Source: Bdellovibrionales bacterium
GTDB lineage: Bacteria; Bdellovibrionota; Bdellovibrionia; Bdellovibrionales; Bdellovibrionaceae
Direction: 5' to 3'
Assembly (NCBI GenBank): GCA_031370005.1
Contig: JANMPT010000024.1
Location: forward strand, 160,234-224,233
Length of the DNA stretch: 64,000 nucleotides
Below the pieces are notes generated by a model, which was not told where the DNA came from, searched no databases, and saw only the letters and a program-made list of their open reading frames with translations. A program made the position numbers and the translations under genes. Shown one piece after another: positions 1 to 9,538 of this stretch (within the stretch, counting starts at the first letter, position 1; each line of letters begins with the position of its first letter).

Positions 1-1
1 T

Positions 2-112
2 CATATAAACTCAGTGAGACTTCTGTTAGAAGTGGGTCTGGATTGTCTTCAGGGCGGCCTTGGGCCCAAAGCAAGGGCCTTGGCCAAAGGCTTAGAAGAA
101 ATAAAAGGCTAA
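2..112 (+). CDS. 3' end of a gene entering from the left edge (partial, unknown product)
   Basis: Frame 2 is open from the edge: HINSVRLLLEVGLDCLQGGLGPKARALAKGLEEIKG, TAA at 110-112. Too short to identify. Confidence 0.3.
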   Translation, partial: HINSVRLLLEVGLDCLQGGLGPKARALAKGLEEIKG

Positions 113-225
113 GTGCAATATTACGAAAACATAAAAAATAACTTTTTCTCATAACGCTACAATTCTTCGCTAGGTTTGCGGCTCTTGGGAGGCCTCGACT
201 ATGGACAAGTTTATCTCAAAGTCTC

Positions 226-253
226 TAAATAGCATAGGCTTCTCTACCGATAA
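226..253 (+). promoter_or_regulatory. sigma28 (FliA)-like promoter of motAB
   Basis: TAAA-N16-ACCGATAA versus consensus TAAA-N15-GCCGATAA, 19 nt before the motA ATG. Confidence 0.45.
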
Positions 254-272
254 AGACTTTAAGAGGTAAATC

Positions 273-1139
273 ATGGGATTTGTCGGCATATTGATAGTTT
301 TCGCAACAGTCTTCGGTGGATATATGGCTGGAGGCGGAAAAATGCATATCATCATCGAAGCTGCGACGCTTGAGATGATCATCATTGGTGGCGCGGCATT
401 TGGCGCTTACGTTATTGCCAATCCAATGAAAATTGTCAAGATGGGGATAAAGCTTGCGATCAAAGCTATGACTTCAAAAGGTCCTCAAAAGAAAGATTAC
501 GTTGAGCTTTGCCAAATGATGTTCCAGGTTTTTCAAGTGTTAAGAAAAGAGGGTCCTCAAGGGATCGAAAAGCATATTGAAAATCCAGAACAGAGTGAGA
601 TTTTTAAAGCCTACCCAAGTTTTATGCACAACCACCATGCTGTTCACTTTTTGTGCGACACAATGAAAATCACATTGTCAGCCGAGCTTTCACAATATGA
701 TGTGGATGATTTGCTGACTTCAGATATTAAAGGTATTCATGCTGAGGAGCATTTGGCCCAACACGCCATTGGCGCCGTCGCAGGAGGCTTTCCCGGATTA
801 GGTATCGTCGCCGCCGTTTTAGGTATCGTTAAGACCATGGCACATTTAACGGAAGGGACTGAGGTCATCGGGGAGAACGTTGCCCATGCCCTTGTGGGTA
901 CGATGTTGGGAGTGTTCTGTGCTTATGGTTTGCTCGAGCCAACAGCTACGAAAATGGCAGCGGATATTGAAGCAGAAGGTCGATACCTAGAAGTTATTAA
1001 AGCGGCGATGATTGCTTGTCAAAGAGGCGCGCCACCGATTGTTTGTGTTGAGTTTGGCCGTCGCTCTATTATGCCTGAAGAGCGTCCGTCTTTTGATGAG
1101 ATTGATAAGGCGACAAAAGAAATTAAGAAAGCGGCGTAA
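273..1139 (+). CDS. motA: Flagellar motor stator protein MotA
   Basis: Four TM segments, FPGLGIVAAVLGIV and ALVGTMLGVF motifs, C-terminal VEFGRR...RPSF; paired with motB. Confidence 0.95.
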   Translation: MGFVGILIVFATVFGGYMAGGGKMHIIIEAATLEMIIIGGAAFGAYVIANPMKIVKMGIKLAIKAMTSKGPQKKDYVELCQMMFQVFQVLRKEGPQGIEKHIENPEQSEIFKAYPSFMHNHHAVHFLCDTMKITLSAELSQYDVDDLLTSDIKGIHAEEHLAQHAIGAVAGGFPGLGIVAAVLGIVKTMAHLTEGTEVIGENVAHALVGTMLGVFCAYGLLEPTATKMAADIEAEGRYLEVIKAAMIACQRGAPPIVCVEFGRRSIMPEERPSFDEIDKATKEIKKAA

Positions 1140-1145
1140 CCATAC

Positions 1146-2138
1146 ATGGCTGAAAAAAAGACAACAATCGTTATTAAGAAAATCACAGTTGTCGCTGGAG
1201 GCGGGCATGGCGGTTCCTGGAAAGTGGCACTTGCAGACTTTATGACAGCGATGATGGCCTTCTTTTTGGTTATGTGGTTATTAGGCCAAAGTGAGGAAAC
1301 AAAAAAGGCAGTTTCAGATTATTTTTCTACACCCTCAGTGATTGAATATAATTTTCAAAACTTCGGCGCCGAGATCACCCTTGAAAAGCTTTTTCTAGAT
1401 TTGGTCAATGAACCTTTGAAAGCATTCCAACAGTTCATTGAGCCTGTGACCAAAACTCCGAATCTTTTAGATATGGGTTCGGCGAAAGTGGTTACTGCAT
1501 TTTTGGCGGATCAAATGAATGATTATGCTAAAAATGTCCAAGTCAATCCGGATGGATTTGATTTCGACGTTCCAGATACGGTTCTCTTTGAGCGAGGCAC
1601 GTCCAATCCACTAATTACTTTTGTTGACGTGATGGATAAGATCAAGGGAGTCACAACTGGTCTTCAGGACGCTGAGATCAAAGTCACGTCAGGGTTGTTT
1701 GTTCAAGCAGTTCCAGGATCAAATCCAAGCCTCGCGAATAAAATATCCTCGGAACGCTTGGATCTTGTGAAAAATAAAATACAGGCGGGGCTTGAATTCA
1801 ATACGGTGACCCTGAAAAGCTATAGCAGCGTAAAAGAAAAACGTGGCGAGGTAGATCCACAAAAATTAATAGGCTTTATTCGCATTAGCATCAAGCAGAA
1901 AGATGTCACTAGCACTGGGAAGAAACCACGCAAGCTTGAAACAATTTTTGGCGACCCGAATGTCAGCATGTCAGTTTATGAGAACTTTGTGAAACAGGCG
2001 GCGAATCGTAGGACCCAAGAAAAGCCGCAGCAGAAAAAGTTTGGCAAAGTCGAAAAAATTAAAAATCCAGTAAGTGAAGAGATGGACAAGCGCAACAGTG
2101 CGGAGATTCCAGGAGCTCAAGATCAGCATGGAGAGTAG
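1146..2138 (+). CDS. motB: Flagellar motor stator protein MotB (divergent periplasmic domain)
   Basis: [27 protein letters not shown] signature with the proton-binding Asp; follows motA. Confidence 0.9.
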   Translation: MAEKKTTIVIKKITVVAGGGHGGSWKVALADFMTAMMAFFLVMWLLGQSEETKKAVSDYFSTPSVIEYNFQNFGAEITLEKLFLDLVNEPLKAFQQFIEPVTKTPNLLDMGSAKVVTAFLADQMNDYAKNVQVNPDGFDFDVPDTVLFERGTSNPLITFVDVMDKIKGVTTGLQDAEIKVTSGLFVQAVPGSNPSLANKISSERLDLVKNKIQAGLEFNTVTLKSYSSVKEKRGEVDPQKLIGFIRISIKQKDVTSTGKKPRKLETIFGDPNVSMSVYENFVKQAANRRTQEKPQQKKFGKVEKIKNPVSEEMDKRNSAEIPGAQDQHGE

Positions 2139-2245
2139 CTTAAACACACGTGCAGCGTATCGAGGCACCTTCTTCTTGCAACGCTTGGCCGCGTAGGGAA
2201 AGAAAATAGCATACAATTTTTTTGTTTGGGCCATTAATCTGGTTA

Positions 2246-2273
2246 GAGAGGTATTGCATTCGAAATACCTCTC
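2246..2273. terminator. Hairpin between convergent genes, probable bidirectional terminator
   Basis: GAGAGGTATT-N8-AATACCTCTC, perfect 10-bp stem. Confidence 0.5.
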
Positions 2274-2294
2274 CTGCCATTAATTATTTACGGA

Positions 2295-2789
2295 TTATTT
2301 ACCATTTTCGAAAGACTGAAGCTCAGTATGTGTTTGCATTGTGTTGGTGCCATTATTTTGAGTCACATCAGCTTTGACCACACCAAAGGCAACACCCGCA
2401 GCAATCCACATGGTGCCAGCTCTTTTGCCACTTGTGGGAAGTGCACAGGTGCTGAAGTTACCGGCTGGAACTGTCACTGCTTCAGGTTTTCCGCCATATG
2501 CAGCACAATTTGCAACAATTGCTGCTGCCATTTGATCAGTGATCATTTCTTGAGCCGCTTTTTGTTCAGTTTGAACCATTGACTGCCCCCCAAAGTTCAT
2601 AGTCGACTGGATGCCAAAAAGGCCACTTTGTTGGTCGAAGGAAAGAATCACTTGCTCAACAGTGCCGGTGGTTTGCTTGCTACCTTGGATGATCGTCGTA
2701 TTGTAAACAGCGTGGTCGCCAATACTTGGCATGGCGAAAGCAGGTGCAGTGATGAGAAGGGATGCGAAAGATAAAAGAATACTTTTCAT
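2295..2789 (-). CDS. Small secreted hypothetical protein
   Basis: ATG at 2789 preceded by AAGGAG; signal peptide MKSILLSFASLLITAPAFA; VTVPAGNF motif; two Cys. Confidence 0.8.
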   Translation of the reverse strand: MKSILLSFASLLITAPAFAMPSIGDHAVYNTTIIQGSKQTTGTVEQVILSFDQQSGLFGIQSTMNFGGQSMVQTEQKAAQEMITDQMAAAIVANCAAYGGKPEAVTVPAGNFSTCALPTSGKRAGTMWIAAGVAFGVVKADVTQNNGTNTMQTHTELQSFENGK

Positions 2790-2911
2790 GGGTTCTCCTT
2801 GAACTTGTTGATAGATGGGCATTATGCGCTGATTGACTATTCTTAGGAAATTCATGTGAAATCAATAAAGAAAGTAATTTAAACTGCAATTGCGCAGCGT
2901 GCTGGAGGACT

Positions 2912-4002
2912 ATGTTTCCGGGGCTCAAACAAAAGATACATGAAGTCCAAGATAAGTATGAAAAACAATTGGAAATCATCTTTTTTGTAGGTGGGTTTCT
3001 TTTTGATGCCTTGATGGTTTCAGAAGTAGACGACCTATTTGCCATTGCACAACAAGCGCTATATTTATTATCGCCGCCTTGATTCATTTTGAATTGCTTT
3101 TTCGGCTTGGCAAGTGGAGGCCTCAGGGGCGTGTCGCAAAAGTTTGGGATTTTAGAAATCTTCTTTTGCACTTTTTATTGGGAACACTGCTGAATATCTA
3201 TTCTCTTTTTTATATTAAAAGTGCTTCTTTTTTAAATAGTTTATTATTTTTGTTGGTTATGATTGGAATGGTTTTTGTCAACGAGCTCCCGTTATTTAAA
3301 AAATCCGATATTAGCTTCAAGGTGGGTTTGTATGCCATTTGTGTATTTTCTTTTTTCTCGATTCTGTATCCCATCGGATTCGGCTTCATAGGCTGGGTTC
3401 CATTTGGTTTAGCCTTAGCGACGACTCTCGCCATTTTTTATCTCCAAGTCAGGCGTCTCAAAAAACATCATTTAGACGAGAAAACGCTTTATCGCGCCAT
3501 TTTGGTTCCAGGAGTATCTGTCATAGTTGTTTTTTTATTTTTCTACTTCATGAAGTGGATTCCACCAGTTCCGCTGAGCGTGAAAGATCAAGGTGTTTAT
3601 CATTTGATAGAAAAAAAAGATGGAGAATATCTGCTTTCAACGGAAAAAGAGTGGTGGAAGTTTTGGCAATCAGGAGATCAATTCTTTAAAGCCGAGCCAG
3701 GGGATAAAATTTACTTTTACGCGCAAATCTATTCTCCGGCCCGTTTTTCAGATCATGTGTACGTGCAATTTTCATGGGATGATCCTCGTTTTGGTTGGCA
3801 AAGGGCGGATCATATCCCTTTAAAGATTGTCGGTGGACGTAAAGAGGGCTATCGTGGTTATGCAATTAAATCGAATTATCAGCCAGGGTCTTGGCGTGTT
3901 CAGGTGGTCACAGATAGCGGACTTGAGATATCACGTTTGTATTTTGAGGTAAGTGCAGTTCAAAAAAATTCAGAAAGAAGCTTTGTTGTTTTAAAAAAAT
4001 AA
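2912..4002 (+). pseudogene. DUF2914-type polytopic membrane protein, frameshifted near 3060-3075
   Basis: GGAGG RBS and ATG 2912 give MFPGLK...IFFVGGFLFDALMVSEVDDLFAIAQQALYL, stop at 3082. The reading continues in another frame (IIAALIHFELL...) through WIPPVPLS and GGRKEGYRGY...PGSWRVQV to 4002. Confidence 0.75.
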
Positions 4003-4004
4003 AC

Positions 4005-4727
4005 TTAGAAGTTTGTTGATGCCCCGACAAAGATTGCGATATCACCTTGGCCATTCGAGAACTGTGAAGGAGCCGAAGTCCCGGTGCCGGTAATTTGATA
4101 AGTAATGTTGCCACTGCTCTTGTATTGAAATGAAGTGAGTAGATCGAAATAATTTTCATTGGTTGGAATATTGTAAATCATCGTGTAGCCGATTTCATTA
4201 TCCCACTTCCAACTTTGGTTGATATCAAAGGACTTGCCAAAAGAGTAGTAGGTTGAGGCATATTCACTGCCTTCCCAGTTGCTGTTGTTTTCATAGCGAA
4301 TACGATAGCCATAAGATGTTATTAGTATATAAGTTGTATTTCCATTACGCGTATTGGTCTTGAAGTAGTGATTATCGAAGTAGCCTAGTTTAAAATCTGT
4401 GGTTGGGGTAATTTGGACTTTGAGTTCCGCATTAATTTTCAAAAGAAAATGCTCTGTAGACTGGTAATTAACGTTAGAGCCCATGACTCCCAATTTGAAT
4501 TGAGGGCCAAAGTTAAAACCAAAAGATCCCTGCAGGGATGGATCTTTATTCGTCTGAGTAAGGCCATGTTCTACGAAGTTGGTTAAAAGAGCCACATCTC
4601 CAGTCATCTTAAAGCTTGGGACCTCGTTTTTGTTATCTTGCTGTGCGAAGGATTGCAGACTAAAAATAACGCTGATGAGCAGCAATGAGAATTTCAAAAT
4701 GTAGATATCGTGGAGCTTATATTTCAT
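4005..4727 (-). CDS. TorF/Gcw_chp-family outer-membrane porin-like protein
   Basis: Signal peptide, GDVALLTNFVEHGLTQTNKDPSLQG family-like N-terminus, amphipathic beta strands, terminal Phe. Confidence 0.75.
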   Translation of the reverse strand: MKYKLHDIYILKFSLLLISVIFSLQSFAQQDNKNEVPSFKMTGDVALLTNFVEHGLTQTNKDPSLQGSFGFNFGPQFKLGVMGSNVNYQSTEHFLLKINAELKVQITPTTDFKLGYFDNHYFKTNTRNGNTTYILITSYGYRIRYENNSNWEGSEYASTYYSFGKSFDINQSWKWDNEIGYTMIYNIPTNENYFDLLTSFQYKSSGNITYQITGTGTSAPSQFSNGQGDIAIFVGASTNF

Positions 4728-4769
4728 ATTTCTTTTGTCTTTCTATTAATTTGACTCAAATCGAATTCA

Positions 4770-5621
4770 ATGACAAACACAAACGACTATATGGAAACTC
4801 ATAGACCTTGGACCGAATACACATTTGTTGCGTTTGATACTGAAACCAGCGGCGCCTATCCCCTTGGATCTGATATCATCGAATTTGGCGCTGTGAAGTG
4901 GTGCGGAGGCCAAGAAGTTGAGAGCTATCAGACTTTGTTGAGACCTCGCGAGTTACTGTCCGAGTTCAACATGAGTATTCATGGAATTAGTAACGAGATG
5001 GTTGCGAAAGCTCCTGTGATGTCTGAGAAGATCCGCGAAATACATGATTTTATGAGTGACGCAGTTCCTATGGCCCATCACGCCCCTTTCGATATGGGTT
5101 TTATTGCTGTAGAACTTGAAACCTATGGGTTGCCGCTTCTGACAGGGCCAGTTTTATGCACAAGTTTGCTCTCTAGAAAATGGATCTATGGAGTTGAGAA
5201 CCACAAACTCCAAACTTTGGTCAAGTTTCTAAATATCGATGGAGGAGCGGCTCACCGTGCCTTGGATGATGCACGCGCGTGTTTGAGGGTGGGACTTGAG
5301 TGTTTCAAGCGTATGGGCGAAAATGCGACCCTGGAGGATGCGATCGAAAGCCAAAGCAAGAATCTCAAATGGGATGATTATTCACTTCTTCATTGGAATA
5401 ACCCTATTGTGAAGGTGTTGACTGAAGCAATTTATCAGAAAATAAATGTTAAGATCATCTACGAAAAATCATCAGGCTTGAAGGTCGAGCCGCGCCAAGT
5501 AAGTCCGATGGGAGTTGTGCGCAACCCGGACGGAGACTATCTCCAGGCTTTCTGCATGCGCGACAAAACTAGTAAAAGATTTTACTTAGCAAAAATTAAG
5601 GACGCGGTTCACGTTTATTAG
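4770..5621 (+). CDS. DEDDh 3'-5' exonuclease (DnaQ-like) with C-terminal WYL-like domain
   Basis: DTETSG, HHAPFDMGF and HRALDDA motifs; C-terminal IIY..R.VSP..YLQAFC..RFYLAKI. Confidence 0.85.
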   Translation: MTNTNDYMETHRPWTEYTFVAFDTETSGAYPLGSDIIEFGAVKWCGGQEVESYQTLLRPRELLSEFNMSIHGISNEMVAKAPVMSEKIREIHDFMSDAVPMAHHAPFDMGFIAVELETYGLPLLTGPVLCTSLLSRKWIYGVENHKLQTLVKFLNIDGGAAHRALDDARACLRVGLECFKRMGENATLEDAIESQSKNLKWDDYSLLHWNNPIVKVLTEAIYQKINVKIIYEKSSGLKVEPRQVSPMGVVRNPDGDYLQAFCMRDKTSKRFYLAKIKDAVHVY

Positions 5622-6522
5622 GGTCACCGCTGTCATCTCGACGTCGAAGAAGTTCGGTTCGAACCTTTTCTGCAAGTCCCTCAAGGTGGCGGAATTCATC
5701 TCCTGAACGCAGTTTCAAATGGCGATCTTTGCCATCCAGGGTATCAATCAGAAATTTTTCAAAAGCATAAACTGGTCCTGCGATTCGATGAGAGATAAGT
5801 CTGCCTACAGCAAAAAGAATCACACAAAAAGCGAAACAAATGATTGCGTAAGTGATTACAAATGGAACTAGGAATTTATTCAAAAGAAATTGGTTGTTCC
5901 CGACGAGCTCAGAAATTGTGACTCTCAAATAAGTATAAGAGAAGACAAGGCTGATCAAGGTAAGGCTAAGTCCTACGGCCATTAGGACTAAACAATATTT
6001 AAGTTGGAATTTTTTATCAATCCAATATTGTTTGCGTGCATTGTTCTCGGGCCATAGAAGATCACCTTCGCGTATAACCGCATAAACAATAATACCGTAG
6101 CCCACCCACTGAAGAGCATCGGCAAGATTAAAAGCTGGGCTTGAAAGACTTGGTGAGCCTAAAACGATAAAATCGATAACGTAACCATAGATAATCCGAT
6201 CGGTAACGTTACCAAGAATCCCGCCGAGAAGAATAGACAGCCCAGAGCGCAGCGTAAGACTGCGAATTGGAAGTAAATACTGAACAACTACATAGGAACA
6301 GATGAGGAATGCTCCGCCAGTGGAGAGCGAGACGATACGTAGCACCGCTGGCAGTTCAGAAAAAAGTCCTAACATCGCACCGTGATTATGATGAAGAATG
6401 AAGTTAACTGGACCATGGGTGGATGGCCCATGCATATCAGATGCAGCAATTTTACTTACACGATCAATAAGCCAGGTTATGATTAAAGGCAGGGTAACTA
6501 AGAGCCAGTCACGTTTTTTCAT
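5596..6522 (-). CDS. lspA: Lipoprotein signal peptidase II fused to a 2-TM/HAMP-like module
   Basis: NHGAMLG, GGILGNVTDR, GYVIDF and FNLAD motifs; extra C-terminal ~150 aa with FQLKY, two TMs and SHRIAGP...LRSGDEF. Confidence 0.8.
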   Translation of the reverse strand: MKKRDWLLVTLPLIITWLIDRVSKIAASDMHGPSTHGPVNFILHHNHGAMLGLFSELPAVLRIVSLSTGGAFLICSYVVVQYLLPIRSLTLRSGLSILLGGILGNVTDRIIYGYVIDFIVLGSPSLSSPAFNLADALQWVGYGIIVYAVIREGDLLWPENNARKQYWIDKKFQLKYCLVLMAVGLSLTLISLVFSYTYLRVTISELVGNNQFLLNKFLVPFVITYAIICFAFCVILFAVGRLISHRIAGPVYAFEKFLIDTLDGKDRHLKLRSGDEFRHLEGLAEKVRTELLRRRDDSGDPNKREPRP

Positions 6523-6600
6523 ATCTTTTCAATGTACCAAGTGATTTTCCTTGAGGGCAACAAGGCACATAGATACCATTTTTAAGTCCAGGAGATATAT

Positions 6601-8013
6601 ATGAGGTATTTATTTTTAGTGGTTTTTTTAATTTCAGGAAGTCCAGCCTTTGCAGAAGAGAACTTCAAGTCAGAGCTTCAAAAGCTCATCAAGCATCTGG
6701 GGGTCCCAGAGGCTGATTTGGGACTCTATGTGACCTTAGGTGAAGGTGAAAATCCAGAAGTAGTTATTGATTTGAACTCCAGAAAGAAAATGATTCCAGC
6801 TTCTATCTCGAAAGTTGCTACGACTTCAGCGGTGTTAGAGCAGTTTCCGCCGGGCTATAAATTCAAGACCCTGCTATTGTCGAATGGAGAGGTTCAAGGC
6901 AAAACCCTTAAGGGGGATTTAATTCTTAAAGGTGGCGGTGATCCAAGTTTTGTTGCTGAAAACATGTGGTTCTTGGTAAATAGCTTTAAACGCAATGAAA
7001 TCCAAAAAGTTGAAGGTGATATTGTTGTTGATGATACGCTCTTTGATCAAAAAAGATACGACTCTAGCCGCCAGCCAGAACGCGTAGACCGTGCTTATGA
7101 TGCTCCTGTTGGGGCGATGTCTTTTAACTGGAATTCAGTAAATATTTTTGTGCGCCCGAGCGGAAAAAAGGGAGAACCTGCAAAGGTCTTTTTGGACCCT
7201 GAAAATGATTACGTTAGGCTGGTGAATAGGGCAACAACAACCAGTGGCACAGAAAGTAGCATCGTGGCCTCTCGTGTAGAAGATAAAAATTTTGTTGGCG
7301 ACGTCATTCATGTTAGCGGAAAGATTGGTCTGAACTCGAAAGAAGTCGTCATATATAAAAACATCACACAGCCAGACTTGTGGGCGGGTTATAATTTAAA
7401 GTCTTTCTTAGCTCAACGGGGTATCCTCGTGACAGGAAAAGTACGCGCCGGAAAAACGCCAGAGAAGGCAGTTGTTCTTGCCGAGTCTGAAAGCAAGAGC
7501 GTAGAGCAATCTCTTCAGGATATGAATAAGTTTTCTAACAATTATATTGCAGAAATGTTGACAAAGGATTTGGGTGCTCTGAGCGGTCAACCGGGCACCT
7601 TGGATGGCGGAATGGAGATGATCAACACTCATCTGAAAAAGCTTGGTCTTCCTCAGGATCAATATTATTTTCAAAATCCCTCAGGGCTGACTCGGGACAA
7701 TCGTATTAGTGCTTTTTCAATGTGGAAAATTATTCATCACTTAATAAACGACTTCCAGGTTCAACCGGAGTTTTTAACCTCTCTTCCAATTGCTGGAATT
7801 GATGGCACTTTAAAAAAGCGAATGAAAAATTCACCTGGGCAACGCTGGGTCAGAGCTAAAACCGGTTTTTTGACCGATGTTGTGAGCTTAGCTGGCTATG
7901 CTGGACGTAGGGACGGTCGAGTTTTTACCTTCACCTTTATCTTCAATGGTACAAAAGATCAGGCGATTGTGAGAAGCTTTTTTGATCAGATGCTGATTAC
8001 TCTTTTAAAATAG
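6601..8013 (+). CDS. dacB: D-Ala-D-Ala carboxypeptidase/endopeptidase (PBP4, peptidase S13)
   Basis: PASISK (SxxK), SNN and KTG motifs, GGGDP; signal peptide. Confidence 0.92.
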   Translation: MRYLFLVVFLISGSPAFAEENFKSELQKLIKHLGVPEADLGLYVTLGEGENPEVVIDLNSRKKMIPASISKVATTSAVLEQFPPGYKFKTLLLSNGEVQGKTLKGDLILKGGGDPSFVAENMWFLVNSFKRNEIQKVEGDIVVDDTLFDQKRYDSSRQPERVDRAYDAPVGAMSFNWNSVNIFVRPSGKKGEPAKVFLDPENDYVRLVNRATTTSGTESSIVASRVEDKNFVGDVIHVSGKIGLNSKEVVIYKNITQPDLWAGYNLKSFLAQRGILVTGKVRAGKTPEKAVVLAESESKSVEQSLQDMNKFSNNYIAEMLTKDLGALSGQPGTLDGGMEMINTHLKKLGLPQDQYYFQNPSGLTRDNRISAFSMWKIIHHLINDFQVQPEFLTSLPIAGIDGTLKKRMKNSPGQRWVRAKTGFLTDVVSLAGYAGRRDGRVFTFTFIFNGTKDQAIVRSFFDQMLITLLK

Positions 8014-8050
8014 TATAAAAAGTTTAGAGTAAAACCATGGAGGGACTTAC

Positions 8051-9517
8051 TTGAAATCCTGGATGTCCATTCTTATTCTCATTTTTATTTTTGCGATTTC
8101 GTCCATAGGTTATGCATTTGATTTTTTCAACTTATTTTCTAGTGACCCTTTTAAAGAAGAGGGTGCTGCTGTTGAGTCGACGACTCCTGATGAAGACAAA
8201 GTAAGTACACTTGACGAGGACACCCCTGCAGTACAGACGGACGTTGCTGGCGGAAAAACATTGACGGGGCACCGCCCCTTTAGACCGCCTGACTATTCTG
8301 GCCAGGACAAAGCTTTGGGCTATAGTCCGGAGGTTTTTTCTATCCCGAAAGGTCTGGAGCGTCAGGTAAATTTTTGGATCGATATCTATTCTAAATTTAC
8401 AACTGATCAGGGACTTATTCATGATACTGAAAATCTTGATGTTATTTATGCGCAAATCGACTTTAAAGACATTGTAAATGATGGTTCCTTGAGTGGTCGT
8501 CAAAAAGAGAAGCGCAAACAAAAACTTGTGGATGATAAGAAAAAGGAAATTATCGAGATGCTTCACAAGCTCGATAAATTAGAATCTCCAGAAGGTCTCA
8601 CTGATGCTGAAAAGAAAATATGGGACATGTTTCAAAGCAATAGTGAGCCCCATAAGTTCAAAGAAGCAGCTCATAAATCCCGTATTCGCTTTCAATTGGG
8701 GCAAAAGGATCGTATGCAGTCCGCAATCTTTTTTTCGGGTCGCTACTTAGAGGAGATGGAAAAAATCTTTCGCGAAGTTGGTTTACCCATTGAATTGACT
8801 CGATTGGTATTCGTTGAGAGCTCTTTCAATGTTTTAGCACGCTCTAAGGTAGGGGCGAGCGGTTTATGGCAAATCATGCGATACACGGCCCGTCCTTATC
8901 ACATGATTAATGGAGCCGTTGATCAGCGCAATCATCCAATGGCCGCGACCAAATTAGCATCGCGATTGATGAAGAGTAATTTCAGTTTGTTGAAGTCATG
9001 GCCCTTGGCGATGACCGGTTATAATCACGGACCAACTGGCGTTAGAAAATTGACCGAGAGGTATAAAACTAGAGAGCTCGTGGAATTGGTTCAAAATGTG
9101 AAATCAAGAAGAAGCTTTGGTTTTGCCTCTAGAAATTTCTATGCTTGTTTTTTGGCGGTGTTGGAAGTTGAAAAAAATGCTCTTAAGTATTTCCCAAAAA
9201 TTGCGTGGTCACAGCCTTTGGATGCCGAGGAAATTAAGCTCCCAGTTTCTGTAAAGTACAAAGATCTTCTAACGTGGTTTGATGGCAACTACGAAAAAGC
9301 AGAGGTTTTTAATCCGCACTTCTCTCGACAAGTGCGCAGAGGTTCTCTTGTGATTCCAGCAAAGACAATGATTTCAATTCCTAAGGATCGCTACAATCAA
9401 GCTCTGATCAGTTTAGCGAGAGGTGAGTTTAGATATGCAGCCAATATGGGGCCAGAGATCAAAGCAGCAGAGGGGAACAAGGGACCCGAGATTAGGTCCG
9501 CAGTTCCTGGTAAATAA
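8051..9517 (+). CDS. Lytic murein transglycosylase (SLT/MltD-like)
   Basis: VESSF catalytic Glu, ASGLWQIM and YNHG motifs; signal peptide; TTG start after AGGGA. Confidence 0.88.
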   Translation: MKSWMSILILIFIFAISSIGYAFDFFNLFSSDPFKEEGAAVESTTPDEDKVSTLDEDTPAVQTDVAGGKTLTGHRPFRPPDYSGQDKALGYSPEVFSIPKGLERQVNFWIDIYSKFTTDQGLIHDTENLDVIYAQIDFKDIVNDGSLSGRQKEKRKQKLVDDKKKEIIEMLHKLDKLESPEGLTDAEKKIWDMFQSNSEPHKFKEAAHKSRIRFQLGQKDRMQSAIFFSGRYLEEMEKIFREVGLPIELTRLVFVESSFNVLARSKVGASGLWQIMRYTARPYHMINGAVDQRNHPMAATKLASRLMKSNFSLLKSWPLAMTGYNHGPTGVRKLTERYKTRELVELVQNVKSRRSFGFASRNFYACFLAVLEVEKNALKYFPKIAWSQPLDAEEIKLPVSVKYKDLLTWFDGNYEKAEVFNPHFSRQVRRGSLVIPAKTMISIPKDRYNQALISLARGEFRYAANMGPEIKAAEGNKGPEIRSAVPGK

Positions 9518-9538
9518 AATTCCTTCTGGCGCGCTTCT

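Noticed and set aside
2680..3171. 163-aa minus-strand ORF
   Set aside because: Shadow of the frameshifted plus-strand gene and of 2295-2789; no protein-like features
6601..8013. DacB as a predatory prey-rounding endopeptidase
   Set aside because: No adjacent ankyrin immunity gene and a housekeeping-like context; cannot be distinguished from the self-wall PBP4 without a phylogeny
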